From the NCBI GenBank assembly GCA_032718475.1, contig JAUCBJ010002800.1, forward strand, positions 1 through 64,000: DNA of 64,000 nucleotides. Reading direction: 5' to 3'. This document shows, piece by piece, positions 46,399 through 61,300 of the stretch (the first letter of the stretch is position 1; each line of letters opens with the position of its first letter). The notes under the pieces were generated by a model, which ran no database searches, had not been told where the DNA came from, and saw only the letters and a list, made by a program, of their open reading frames with translations. This DNA comes from Nemertoderma westbladi (taxonomy: Eukaryota > Animalia > Xenacoelomorpha). A program made the translations under genes and the position numbers.

Positions 46399-49300
46399 TA
46401 TATTGGCTACCCATGGAGTAATTAAAGTTATATTAGCTACTCCGTAATTAAAGTTATATTAGCTACTCCGTAATTAAAGTTATATTGGCTACCCATGGAG
46501 TAATTAAAGTTATTGGCTACCCATGGAGTAATTAAAGTTATATTGGCGGAACATGGAGTAATTAAAGTTATTGGCTACCCATGGAGTAATTAAAGTTATA
46601 TTGGCTACCCATGGAGTAATTAAAGTTATATTGGCTGCCCATGGAGTAATTAAAGTTATATTGGCTACCCATGGAGTAATTAAAGTTATATTGGCTACCC
46701 ATGGAGTAATTAAAGTTATATTAGCTACTCCGTAATTAAAGTTATATTAGCTACTCCGTAATTAAAGTTATATTGGCTACCCAAGGAGTAATTAAAGTTA
46801 TTGGCTACCCATGGAGTAATTAAAGTTATATTGGCGGAACATGGAGTAATTAAAGTTATTGGCTACCCATGGAGTAATTAAAGTTATATTGGCTACCCAT
46901 GGAGTAATTAAAGTTATATTGGCTGCCCATGGAGTAATTAAAGTTATATTGGCTACCCATGGAGTAATTAAAGTTATATTGGCTACCCATGGAGTAATTA
47001 AAGTTATATTGGCTACCCATGGAGTAATTAAAGTTATATTGGCTACCCATGGAGTAATTAAAGTTATATTGGCTACCCATGGAGTAATTAAAGTTATATT
47101 GGCTACCCATGGAGTAATTAAAGTTATATTAGCTACTCCGTAATTAAAGTTATATTTGCTACCCATGGAGTAATTAAAGTTATATTGGCTACCCAAGGAG
47201 TAATTAAAGTTATATTGGCTACCCATGGAGTAATTAAAGTTATTGGCTACCCATGGAGTAATTAAAGTTATATTGGCTACCCATGGAGTAATTAAAGTTA
47301 TATTAGCTACTCCGTAATTAAAGTTATATTTGCTACCCATGGAGTAATTAAAGTTATATTTGTTACCCAAGGAGTAATTAAAGTTATATTTGTTACCCAT
47401 GGAGTAATTAAAGTTATATTGGCTACCCATGGAGTAATTAAAGTTATATTAGCTACTCCGTAATTAAAGTTATATTAGCTACTCCGTAATTAAAGTTATT
47501 GGCTACCCATGGAGTAATTAAAGTTATATTGGCTACCCTTGGAGTAATTAAAGTTATATTGGCTACCCAAGGAGTAATTAAAGTTATATTGGCTACCCAT
47601 GGAGTAATTAAAGTTATTGGCTACCCATGGAGTAATTAAAGTTATATTGGCTACCCATGGAGTAATTAAAGTTATATTGGCTACCCATGGAGTAATTAAA
47701 GTTATATTAGCTACTCCGTAATTAAAGTTATATTGGCTACCCATGGAGTAATTAAAGTTATATTGGCTACCCAAGGAGTAATTAAAGTTATATTGGCTAC
47801 CCAAGGAGTAATTAAAGTTATATTGGCTACCCAAGGAGTAATTAAAGTTATATTGGCTACCCATGGAGTAATTAAAGTTATATTAGCTACTCCGTAATTA
47901 AAGTTATATTAGCTACTCCGTAATTAAAGTTATTGGCTACCCATGGAGTAATTAAAGTTATATTGGCTACCCTTGGAGTAATTAAAGTTATATTGGCTAC
48001 CCAAGGAGTAATTAAAGTTATATTGGCTACCCATGGAGTAATTAAAGTTATTGGCTACCCATGGAGTAATTAAAGTTATATTGGCTACCCATGGAGTAAT
48101 TAAAGTTATATTAGCTACTCCGTAATTAAAGTTATATTTGCTACCCATGGAGTAATTAAAGTTATATTTGTTACCCAAGGAGTAATTAAAGTTATATTTG
48201 CTACCCATGGAGTAATTAAAGTTATATTTGTTACCCAAGGAGTAATTAAAGTTATATTGGCTACCCATGGAGTAATTAAAGTTATATTGGCTGCCCATGG
48301 AGTAATTAAAGTTATATTGGCTACCCATGGAGTAATTAAAGTTATATTGCCTACCCATGGAGTAATTAAAGTTATATTGGCTACCCATGGAGTAATTAAA
48401 GTTATATTAGCTACTCCGTAATTAAAGTTATATTTGCTACCCATGGAGTAATTAAAGTTATATTGGCTACCCAAGGAGTAATTAAAGTTATATTAGCTAC
48501 TCCGTAATTAAAGTTATATTGGCTACCCATGGAGTAATTAAAGTTATATTGGCTACCCATGGAGTAATTAAAGTTATATTGGCTACCCATGGAGTAATTA
48601 AAGTTATATTGGCTACCCATGGAGTAATTAAAGTTATATTAGCTACTCCGTAATTAAAGTTATATTAGCTACTCCGTAATTAAAGTTATATTGGCTACCC
48701 ATGGAGTAATTAAAGTTATATTGGCTACCCAAGGAGTAATTAAAGTTATTGGCTACCCATGGAGTAATTAAAGTTATATTGGCTACCCATGGAGTAATTA
48801 AAGTTATATTGGCTACCCATGGAGTAATTAAAGTTATATTGGCTACCCATGGAGTAATTAAAGTTATTGGCTACCCATGGAGTAATTAAAGTTATATTGG
48901 CTACCCATGGAGTAATTAAAGTTATATTGGCTACCCATGGAGTAATTAAAGTTATTGGCTACCCATGGAGTAATTAAAGTTATATTGGCTACCCATGGAG
49001 TAATTAAAGTTATTGGCTACCCATGGAGTAATTAAAGTTATATTGGCTACTCCGTAATTAAAGTTATATTTGCTACCCATGGAGTAATTAAAGTTATTGG
49101 CTACCCATGGAGTAATTAAAGTTATATTGGCTACCCATGGAGTAATTAAAGTTATATTGGCTACCCATGGAGTAATTAAAGTTATATTGGCTACCCATGG
49201 AGTAATTAAAGTTATATTAGCTACTCCGTAATTAAAGTTATATTTGCTACCCATGGAGTAATTAAAGTTATTGGCTACCCATGGAGTAATTAAAGTTATA

Positions 49301-52300
49301 TTGGCTACCCATGGAGTAATTAAAGTTATATTGGCTACCCAAGGAGTAATTAAAGTTATATTGGCTACCCATGGAGTAATTAAAGTTATATTGGCTACCC
49401 AAGGAGTAATTAAAGTTATATTGGCTACCCATGGAGTAATTAAAGTTATATTGGCTACCCAAGGAGTAATTAAAGTTATATTGGCTACCCATGGAGTAAT
49501 TAAAGTTATATTGGCTACCCAAGGAGTAATTAAAGTTATATTGGCTACCCATGGAGTAATTAAAGTTATATTGGCTACCCATGGAGTAATTAAAGTTATA
49601 TTAGCTACTCCGTAATTAAAGTTATATTGGCTACCCAAGGAGTAATTAAAGTTATATTGGCTACCCAAGGAGTAATTAAAGTTATATTGGCTACCCATGG
49701 AGTAATTAAAGTTATATTGGCTACCCAAGGAGTAATTAAAGTTATATTGGCTACCCATGGAGTAATTAAAGTTATATTGGCTACCCAAGGAGTAATTAAA
49801 GTTATATTGGCTACCCATGGAGTAATTAAAGTTATATTGGCTACCCAAGGAGTAATTAAAGTTATATTGGCTACCCATGGAGTAATTAAAGTTATATTAG
49901 CTACTCCGTAATTAAAGTTATATTGGCTACCCATGGAGTAATTAAAGTTATATTAGCTACCCATGGAGTAATTAAAGTTATATTGGCTACCCATGGAGTA
50001 ATTAAAGTTATATTAGCTACTCCGTAATTAAAGTTATATTGGTTACCCATGGAGTAATTAAAGTTATATTGGCTACCCATGGAGTAATTAAAGTTATATT
50101 GGCTACCCATGGAGTAATTAAAGTTATATTGGCTACCCATGGAGTAATTAAAGTTATATTGGCTACCCATGGAGTAATTAAAGTTATATTGGCTACCCAT
50201 GGAGTAATTAAAGTTATATTAGCTACTCCGTAATTAAAGTTATATTGGTTACCCATGGAGTAATTAAAGTTATATTGGCTACCCATGGAGTAATTAAAGT
50301 TATATTGGCTACCCATGGAGTAATTAAAGTTATATTGGCTACCCAAGGAGTAATTAAAGTTATATTGGCTACCCATGGAGTAATTAAAGTTATATTGGCT
50401 ACCCATGGAGTAATTAAAGTTATATTGGCTACCCAAGGAGTAATTAAAGTTATATTGGCTACCCATGGAGTAATTAAAGTTATATTGGCTACCCAAGGAG
50501 TAATTAAAGTTATATTGGCTACTCCGTAATTAAAGTTATATTGGCTACTCCGTAATTAAAGTTATTGGCTACCCATGGAGTAATTAAAGTTATTGGTTAC
50601 CCATGGAGTAATTAAAGTTATATTGGCTACCCAAGGAGTAATTAAAGTTATATTGGCTACTCCGTAATTAAAGTTATATTGGCTACTCCGTAATTAAAGT
50701 TATATTGGCTACCCATGGAGTAATTAAAGTTATTGGCTACCCATGGAGTAATTAAAGTTATATTGGCTACCCAAGGAGTAATTAAAGTTATATTGGCTAC
50801 CCATGGAGTAATTAAAGTTATATTGGCTACCCAAGGAGTAATTAAAGTTATATTGGCTACCCATGGAGTAATTAAAGTTATATTGGCTACCCAAGGAGTA
50901 ATTAAAGTTATATTAGCTACTCCGTAATTAAAGTTGTATTGGCTACCCAAGGAGTAATTAAAGTTATATTGGCTACCCATGGAGTAATTAAAGTTATATT
51001 GGTTACCCATGGAGTAATTAAAGTTATATTGGCTACTCCGTAATTAAAGTTATATTGGCTACTCCGTAATTAAAGTTATATTGGCTACCCATGGAGTAAT
51101 TAAAGTTATTGGTTACCCATGGAGTAATTAAAGTTATTGGTTACCCATGGAGTAATTAAAGTTATATTTGTTACCCAAGGAGTAATTAAAGTTATATTGG
51201 CTACCCATGGAGTAATTAAAGTTATTGGCTACCCATGGAGTAATTAAAGTTATATTGGCTACCCATGGAGTAATTAAAGTTATATTGGCTACCCAAGGAG
51301 TAATTAAAGTTATATTGGCTACCCATGGAGTAATTAAAGTTATATTGGCTACCCAAGGAGTAATTAAAGTTATATTGGCTACCCATGGAGTAATTAAAGT
51401 TATATTGGCTACCCAAGGAGTAATTAAAGTTATATTGGCTACCCATGGAGTAATTAAAGTTATATTGGCTACCCAAGGAGTAATTAAAGTTATATTGGCT
51501 ACCCATGGAGTAATTAAAGTTATATTGGCTACCCATGGAGTAATTAAAGTTATATTAGCTACTCCGTAATTAAAGTTATATTGGCTACCCAAGGAGTAAT
51601 TAAAGTTATATTGGCTACCCAAGGAGTAATTAAAGTTATATTGGCTACCCATGGAGTAATTAAAGTTATATTGGCTACCCAAGGAGTAATTAAAGTTATA
51701 TTGGCTACCCATGGAGTAATTAAAGTTATATTGGCTACCCAAGGAGTAATTAAAGTTATATTGGCTACCCATGGAGTAATTAAAGTTATATTGGCTACCC
51801 AAGGAGTAATTAAAGTTATATTGGCTACCCATGGAGTAATTAAAGTTATATTAGCTACTCCGTAATTAAAGTTATATTGGCTACCCATGGAGTAATTAAA
51901 GTTATATTAGCTACCCATGGAGTAATTAAAGTTATATTGGCTACCCATGGAGTAATTAAAGTTATATTAGCTACTCCGTAATTAAAGTTATATTGGTTAC
52001 CCATGGAGTAATTAAAGTTATATTGGCTACCCATGGAGTAATTAAAGTTATATTGGCTACCCATGGAGTAATTAAAGTTATATTGGCTACCCATGGAGTA
52101 ATTAAAGTTATATTGGCTACCCATGGAGTAATTAAAGTTATATTGGCTACCCATGGAGTAATTAAAGTTATATTAGCTACTCCGTAATTAAAGTTATATT
52201 GGTTACCCATGGAGTAATTAAAGTTATATTGGCTACCCATGGAGTAATTAAAGTTATATTGGCTACCCATGGAGTAATTAAAGTTATATTGGCTACCCAA

Positions 52301-55300
52301 GGAGTAATTAAAGTTATATTGGCTACCCATGGAGTAATTAAAGTTATATTGGCTACCCATGGAGTAATTAAAGTTATATTGGCTACCCAAGGAGTAATTA
52401 AAGTTATATTGGCTACCCATGGAGTAATTAAAGTTATATTGGCTACCCAAGGAGTAATTAAAGTTATATTGGCTACTCCGTAATTAAAGTTATATTGGCT
52501 ACTCCGTAATTAAAGTTATTGGCTACCCATGGAGTAATTAAAGTTATTGGTTACCCATGGAGTAATTAAAGTTATATTGGCTACCCAAGGAGTAATTAAA
52601 GTTATATTGGCTACTCCGTAATTAAAGTTATATTGGCTACTCCGTAATTAAAGTTATATTGGCTACCCATGGAGTAATTAAAGTTATTGGCTACCCATGG
52701 AGTAATTAAAGTTATATTGGCTACCCAAGGAGTAATTAAAGTTATATTGGCTACCCATGGAGTAATTAAAGTTATATTGGCTACCCAAGGAGTAATTAAA
52801 GTTATATTGGCTACCCATGGAGTAATTAAAGTTATATTGGCTACCCAAGGAGTAATTAAAGTTATATTAGCTACTCCGTAATTAAAGTTGTATTGGCTAC
52901 CCAAGGAGTAATTAAAGTTATATTGGCTACCCATGGAGTAATTAAAGTTATATTGGTTACCCATGGAGTAATTAAAGTTATATTGGCTACTCCGTAATTA
53001 AAGTTATATTGGCTACTCCGTAATTAAAGTTATATTGGCTACCCATGGAGTAATTAAAGTTATTGGTTACCCATGGAGTAATTAAAGTTATTGGTTACCC
53101 ATGGAGTAATTAAAGTTATATTTGTTACCCAAGGAGTAATTAAAGTTATATTGGCTACCCATGGAGTAATTAAAGTTATATTGGTTACCCATGGAGTAAT
53201 TAAAGTTATATTGGCTACTCCGTAATTAAAGTTATATTGGCTACTCCGTAATTAAAGTTATATTGGCTACTCCGTAATTAAAGTTATATTGGCTACTCCG
53301 TAATTAAAGTTATATTGGCTACCCATGGAGTAATTAAAGTTATATTGGCTACCCATGGAGTAATTAAAGTTATTGGTTACCCATGGAGTAATTAAAGTTA
53401 TATTGGCTACCCATGGAGTAATTAAAGTTATATTGGTTACCCAAGGAGTAATTAAAGTTATATTTGTTACCCAAGGAGTAATTAAAGTTATATTGGCTAC
53501 CCATGGAGTAATTAAAGTTATATTGGCTACTCCGTAATTAAAGTTATATTGGCTACTCCGTAATTAAAGTTATATTGGCTACCCATGGAGTAATTAAAGT
53601 TATTGGTTACCCATGGAGTAATTAAAGTTATTGGTTACCCATGGAGTAATTAAAGTTATATTTGTTACCCAAGGAGTAATTAAAGTTATATTGGCTACCC
53701 ATGGAGTAATTAAAGTTATATTGGTTACCCATGGAGTAATTAAAGTTATATTGGCTACTCCGTAATTAAAGTTATATTGGCTACTCCGTAATTAAAGTTA
53801 TATTGGCTACTCCGTAATTAAAGTTATATTGGCTACTCCGTAATTAAAGTTATATTGGCTACCCATGGAGTAATTAAAGTTATATTGGCTACCCATGGAG
53901 TAATTAAAGTTATATTTGCTACCCAAGGAGTAATTAAAGTTATATTGGCTACCCATGGAGTAATTAAAGTTATTGGTTACCCATGGAGTAATTAAAGTTA
54001 TATTTGTTACCCAAGGAGTAATTAAAGTTATATTGGCTACCCATGGAGTAATTAAAGTTATATTGGTTACCCATGGAGTAATTAAAGTTATATTAGCTAC
54101 TCCGTAATTAAAGTTATATTGGCTACTCCGTAATTAAAGTTATATTGGCTACTCCGTAATTAAAGTTATATTGGCTACCCATGGAGTAATTAAAGTTATA
54201 TTGGCTACCCATGGAGTAATTAAAGTTATTGGTTACCCATGGAGTAATTAAAGTTATTGGCTACCCATGGAGTAATTAAAGTTATTGGCTACCCATGGAG
54301 TAATTAAAGTTATTGGCTACCCATGGAGTAATTAAAGTTATATTGGCTACCCATGGAGTAATTAAAGTTATATTGGCTACCCATGGAGTAATTAAAGTTA
54401 TATTAGCTACTCCGTAATTAAAGTTATATTAGCTACTCCGTAATTAAAGTTATATTGGCTACCCATGGAGTAATTAAAGTTATATTGGCTACCCATGGAG
54501 TAATTAAAGTTATATTGGTTACCCATGGAGTAATTAAAGTTATTGGTTACCCATGGAGTAATTAAAGTTATATTTGTTACCCAAGGAGTAATTAAAGTTA
54601 TATTGGCTACCCATGGAGTAATTAAAGTTATATTGGTTACCCCATTAGCTACTCCGTAATTAAAGTTATATTTGCTACCCAAGGAGTAATTAAAGTTATA
54701 TTGGCTACCCATGGAGTAATTAAAGTTATATTGGCTACCCATGGAGTAATTAAAGTTATATTGGCTACCCATGGAGTAATTAAAGTTATTGGCTACCCAA
54801 GGAGTAATTAAAGTTATATTGGCTACCCATGGAGTAATTAAAGTTATATTGGCTACCCAAGGAGTAATTACAGTTATATTGGCTACCCAAGGAGTAATTA
54901 AAGTTTTATTAGCTACTCCGTAATTAAAGTTATATTAGCTACTCCGTAATTAAAGTTATATTGGCTACCCATGGAGTAATTCAAGTTATATGAGCTACTC
55001 CGTAATTAAAGTTATATTGGCTACCCATGGAGTAATTAAAGTTATATTGGCTACCCATGGAGTAATTAAAGTTATATGAGCTACTCCGTAATTAAAGTTA
55101 TATTGGCTACCCATGGAGTAATTAAAGTTATATTGGCTACCCAAGGAGTAATTAAAGTTATATTGGCTACCCATGGAGTAATTAAAGTTATATGAGCTAC
55201 TCCGTAATTAAAGTTATATTGGCTACCCATGGAGTAATTAAAGTTATATTGGCTACCCAAGGAGTAATTAAAGTTTTATTAGCTACTCCGTAATTAAAGT

Positions 55301-58300
55301 TATATTAGCTACTCCGTAATTAAAGTTATATTGGCTACCCATGGAGTAATTAAAGTTATTGGCTACTCATGGAGTAATTAAAGTTATATTGGTTACCCAT
55401 GGAGTAATTAAAGTTATATTGGCTACCCAAGGAGTAATTAAAGTTTTATTAGCTACTCCGTAATTAAAGTTATATTAGCTACTCCGTAATTAAAGTTATA
55501 TTGGCTACCCATGGAGTAATTAAAGTTATATTGGCTACCCAAGGAGTAATTAAAGTTTTATTAGCTACTCCGTAATTAAAGTTATATTAGCTACTCCGTA
55601 ATTAAAGTTATATTGGCTACCCAAGGAGTAATTAAAGTTATATTAGCTACCCAAGGAGTAATTAAAGTTATATGAGCTACTCCGTAATTAAAGTTATATT
55701 AGCTACTCCGTAATTAAAGTTATATTGGCTACCCATGGAGTAATTAAAGTTATATTAGCTACCCAAGGAGTAATTAAAGTTATATGAGCTACTCCGTAAT
55801 TAAAGTTATATTGGCTACCCATGGAGTAATTAAAGTTATATTGGCTACCCATGGAGTAATTAAAGTTATATGAGCTACTCCGTAATTAAAGTTATATTGG
55901 CTACCCATGGAGTAATTAAAGTTATATTGGTTACCCATGGAGTAATTAAAGTTATATTGGTTACCCATGGAGTAATTAAAGTTATATTGGTTACCCATGG
56001 AGTAATTAAAGTTCTATTTGTTACCCAAGGAGTAATTAAAGTTATATTGGCTACCCATGGAGTAATTAAAGTTATTGGCTACCCAAGGAGTAATTAAAGT
56101 TATATTGGCTGCACATGGAGTAATTAAAGTTATATTAGCTACTCCGTAATTAAAGTTATATTGGCTACCCATGGAGTAATTAAAGTTATATTGGTTACCC
56201 ATGGAGTAATTAAAGTTCTATTTGTTACCCAAGGAGTAATTAAAGTTATATTGGCTACCCATGGAGTAATTAAAGTTATTGGCTACCCAAGGAGTAATTA
56301 AAGTTATATTGGCTGCACATGGAGTAATTAAAGTTATATTAGCTACTCCGTAATTAAAGTTATATGGCTACCCATGGAGTAATTAAAGTTATATTGGCTA
56401 CCCATGGAGTAATTAAAGTTATATTGGCTACCCAAGGAGTAATTAAAGTTATATTGGCTACCCATGGAGTAATTAAAGTTATATGAGCTACTCCGTAATT
56501 AAAGTTATATTGGCTACCCATGGAGTAATTAAAGTTATATTGGCTACCCAAGGAGTAATTAAAGTTATATTAGCTACTCCGTAATTAAAGTTATATTGGC
56601 TACCCAAGGAGTAATTAAAGTTATATTGGCTACCCATGGAGTAATTAAAGTTATATGAGCTACTCCGTAATTAAAGTTATATTGGCTACCCATGGAGTAA
56701 TTAAAGTTATATTGGCTACCCAAGGAGTAATTAAAGTTATATTAGCTACTCCGTAATTAAAGTTATATTGGCTACCCAAGGAGTAATTAAAGTTATATTG
56801 GCTACCCAAGGAGTAATTAAAGTTATATTAGCTACTCCGTAATTAAAGTTATATTGGCTACCCAAGGAGTAATTAAAGTTATATTAGCTACTCCGTAATT
56901 AAAGTTATATTGGCTACCCATGGAGTAATTAAAGTTATTGGCTACCCATGGAGTAATTAAAGTTATATTAGCTACTCCGTAATTAAAGTTATATTGGCTA
57001 CCCATGGAGTAATTAAAGTTATATGAGCTACTCCGTAATTAAAGTTATATTTGTTACCCAAGGAGTAATTAAAGTTATATTAGCTACTCCGTAATTAAAG
57101 TTATATTGGTTACCCATGGAGTAATTAAAGTTATATTGGCTACACATGGAGTAATTAAAGTTTTATTGGCTACCCATGGAGTAATTAAAGTTTTATTGGC
57201 TACCCATGGAGTAATTAAAGTTATATTGGCTACCCATGGAGTAATTAAAGTTATATTGGCTACCCATGGAGTAATTAAAGTTATATGAGCTACTCCGTAA
57301 TTAAAGTTATATTGGCTACCCATGGAGTAATTAAAGTTATATTGGCTACCCAAGGAGTAATTAAAGTTATATTAGCTACCCATGGAGTAATTAAAGTTAT
57401 ATTGGCTACCCATGGAGTAATTAAAGTTATATGAGCTACTCCGTAATTAAAGTTATAATGGCTACCCATGGAGTAATTAAAGTTATATTGGCTACCCATG
57501 GAGTAATTAAAGTTATATTGGCTACCCATGGAGTAATTAAAGTTATATTGGCTACCCAAGGAGTAATTAAAGTTATATTGGCTACCCATGGAGTAATTAA
57601 AGTTATTGGCTACCCAAGGAGTAATTAAAGTTATATTGGCTACCCATGGAGTAATTAAAGTTATATGAGCTACTCCGTAATTAAAGTTATATTGGCTACC
57701 CATGGAGTAATTAAAGTTATATTGGCTACCCATGGAGTAATTAAAGTTATATTGGCTACCCATGGAGTAATTAAAGTTATATGAGCTACTCCGTAATTAA
57801 AGTTATATTGGCTACCCATGGAGTAATTAAAGTTTTATTGGCTACCCATGGAGTAATTAAAGTTATATTGGCTACCCATGGAGTAATTAAAGTTATATGA
57901 GCTACTCCGTAATTAAAGTTATATTGGCTACCCATGGAGTAATTAAAGTTATATTGGCTACCCAAGGAGTAATTAAAGTTATATTAGCTACTCCGTAATT
58001 AAAGTTATATTGGCTACCCAAGGAGTAATTAAAGTTATATTAGCTACTCCGTAATTAAAGTTATATTAGCTACTCCGTAATTAAAGTTATATTAGCTACT
58101 CCGTAATTAAAGTTATATTGGCTACCCATGGAGTAATTAAAGTTATATTGGCTACCCAAGGAGTAATTAAAGTTATATTAGCTACTCCGTAATTAAAGTT
58201 ATATTGGCTACCCAAGGAGTAATTAAAGTTATATTAGCTACTCCGTAATTAAAGTTATATTAGCTACTCCGTAATTAAAGTTATATTAGCTACTCCGTAA

Positions 58301-61300
58301 TTAAAGTTATATTAGCTACTCCGTAATTAAAGTTATATTGGCTACCCATGGAGTAATTAAAGTTATATTGGCTACCCATGGAGTAATTAAAGTTATATTG
58401 GCTACCCAAGGAGTAATTAAAGTTATATTGGCTACCCATGGAGTAATTAAAGTTATATGGCTACCCATGGAGTAATTAAAGTTATATTTGTTACCCAAGG
58501 AGTAATTAAAGTTATATTGGCTACTCCGTAATTAAAGTTATATTAGCTACTCCGTAATTAAAGTTATATTGGCTACCCATGGAGTAATTAAAGTTATATT
58601 GGCTACCCATGGAGTAATTAAAGTTATATTGGCTACTCCGTAATTAAAGTTATATTAGCTACTCCGTAATTAAAGTTATATTGGCTACCCATGGAGTAAT
58701 TAAAGTTATATTGGCTACCCATGGAGTAATTAAAGTTATATTGGCTACCCAAGGAGTAATTAAAGTTATATTGGCTACCCATGGAGTAATTAAAGTTATA
58801 TTGGCTACTCCGTAATTAAAGTTATATTGGCTACTCCGTAATTAAAGTTATATTAGCTACTCCGTAATTAAAGTTATATTGGCTACCCATGGAGTAATTA
58901 AAGTTATATTGGCTACCCATGGAGTAATTAAAGTTATATTGGCTACCCATGGAGTAATTAAAGTTATATTGGCTACTCCGTAATTAAAGTTATATTGGCT
59001 ACTCCGTAATTAAAGTTATATTAGCTACTCCGTAATTAAAGTTATATTGGCTACCCATGGAGTAATTAAAGTTATATTGGCTACCCATGGAGTAATTAAA
59101 GTTATATTGGCTACCCATGGAGTAATTAAAGTTATATTGGCTACTCCGTAATTAAAGTTATATTGGCTACTCCGTAATTAAAGTTATATTAGCTACTCCG
59201 TAATTAAAGTTATATTGGCTACCCATGGAGTAATTAAAGTTATATTGGTTACCCATGGAGTAATTAAAGTTATATTGGCTACTCCGTAATTAAAGTTATA
59301 TTAGCTACTCCGTAATTAAAGTTATATTGGCTACCCATGGAGTAATTAAAGTTATATTGGCTACCCATGGAGTAATTAAAGTTATATTGGCTACCCAAGG
59401 AGTAATTAAAGTTATATTGGCTACCCATGGAGTAATTAAAGTTATATGGCTACCCATGGAGTAATTAAAGTTATATTTGTTACCCAAGGAGTAATTAAAG
59501 TTATATGGCTACCCATGGAGTAATTAAAGTTATATTTGTTACCCAAGGAGTAATTAAAGTTATATTGGCTACCCATGGAGTAATTAAAGTTATATTGGTT
59601 ACCCCATTAGCTACTCCGTAATTAAAGTTATATTTGCTACCCAAGGAGTAATTAAAGTTATATGAGCTACTCCGTAATTAAAGTTATATTGGCTACCCAT
59701 GGAGTAATTAAAGTTATATTGGCTACCCATGGAGTAATTAAAGTTATATTAGCTACTCCGTAATTAAAGTTATATTGGCTACCCATGGAGTAATTAAAGT
59801 TATATTGGCTACCCATGGAGTAATTAAAGTTATATTGCCTACCCAAGGAGTAATTAAAGTTATATTGGCTACCCATGGAGTAATTAAAGTTATATTGGCT
59901 ACCCATGGAGTAATTAAAGTTATATTAGCTACTCCGTAATTAAAGTTATATTAGCTACTCCGTAATTAAAGTTATATTGGCTACCCATGGAGTAATTAAA
60001 GTTATATTGGCTACCCATGGAGTAATTAAAGTTATATTAGCTACTCCGTAATTAAAGTTATATTGGCTACCCATGGAGTAATTAAAGTTATATTGGCTAC
60101 CCATGGAGTAATTAAAGTTATATTAGCTACTCCGTAATTAAAGTTATATTAGCTACTCCGTAATTAAAGTTATATTGGCTACCCAAGGAGTAATTAAAGT
60201 TATATTGGCTACCCAAGGAGTAATTAAAGTTATATTGGCTACCCATGGAGTAATTAAAGTTATATTGGCTACCCATGGAGTAATTAAAGTTATATTGGCT
60301 ACCCATGGAGTAATTAAAGTTATTGGCTACCCATGGAGTAATTAAAGTTATATTGGCTACCCATAGAGTAATTAAAGTTATATTGGTTACCCATGGAGTA
60401 ATTAAAGTTATATGAGCTACTCCGTAATTAAAGTTATATTGGCTACCCAAGGAGTAATTAAAGTTATATTGGCTACCCATGGAGTAATTAAAGTTATATT
60501 GGCTACCCATGGAGTAATTAAAGTTATATTGGCTACCCAAGGAGTAATTAAAGTTATATTGGCTACCCATGGAGTAATTAAAGTTATTGGCTACCCATGG
60601 AGTAATTAAAGTTATATTGGCTACCCATGGAGTAATTAAAGTTATATTAGCCTCTCCGTAATTAAAGTTATATTAGCTACTCCGTAATTAAAGTTATATT
60701 GGCTACCCATGGAGTAATTAAAGTTATATTGGCTACCCATGGAGTAATTAAAGTTATATTGGCTACCCATGGAGTAATTAAAGTTATTGGCTACCCATGG
60801 AGTAATTAAAGTTATTGGCTACCCATGGAGTAATTAAAGTTATATTGGCTACCCATGGAGTAATTAAAGTTATATTGGCTACCCATGGAGTAATTAAAGT
60901 TATATTAGCTACTCCGTAATTAAAGTTATATTAGCTACTCCGTAATTAAAGTTATATTGGCTACCCAAGGAGTAATTAAAGTTATATTGGCTACCCATGG
61001 AGTAATTAAAGTTATATTGGCTACCCATGGAGTAATTAAAGTTATATTTGTTACCCATGGAGTAATTAAAGTTATATTGGCTACTCATGGAGTAATTAAA
61101 GTTATATGAGCTACTCCGTAATTAAAGTTATATTGGCTACCCATGGAGTAATTAAAGTTATATTTGTTACCCATGGAGTAATTAAAGTTATATTGGCTAC
61201 CCATGGAGTAATTAAAGTTATATTGGCTACCCATGGAGTAATTAAAGTTATATTGGCTACTCATGGAGTAATTAAAGTTATATGAGCTACTCCGTAATTA

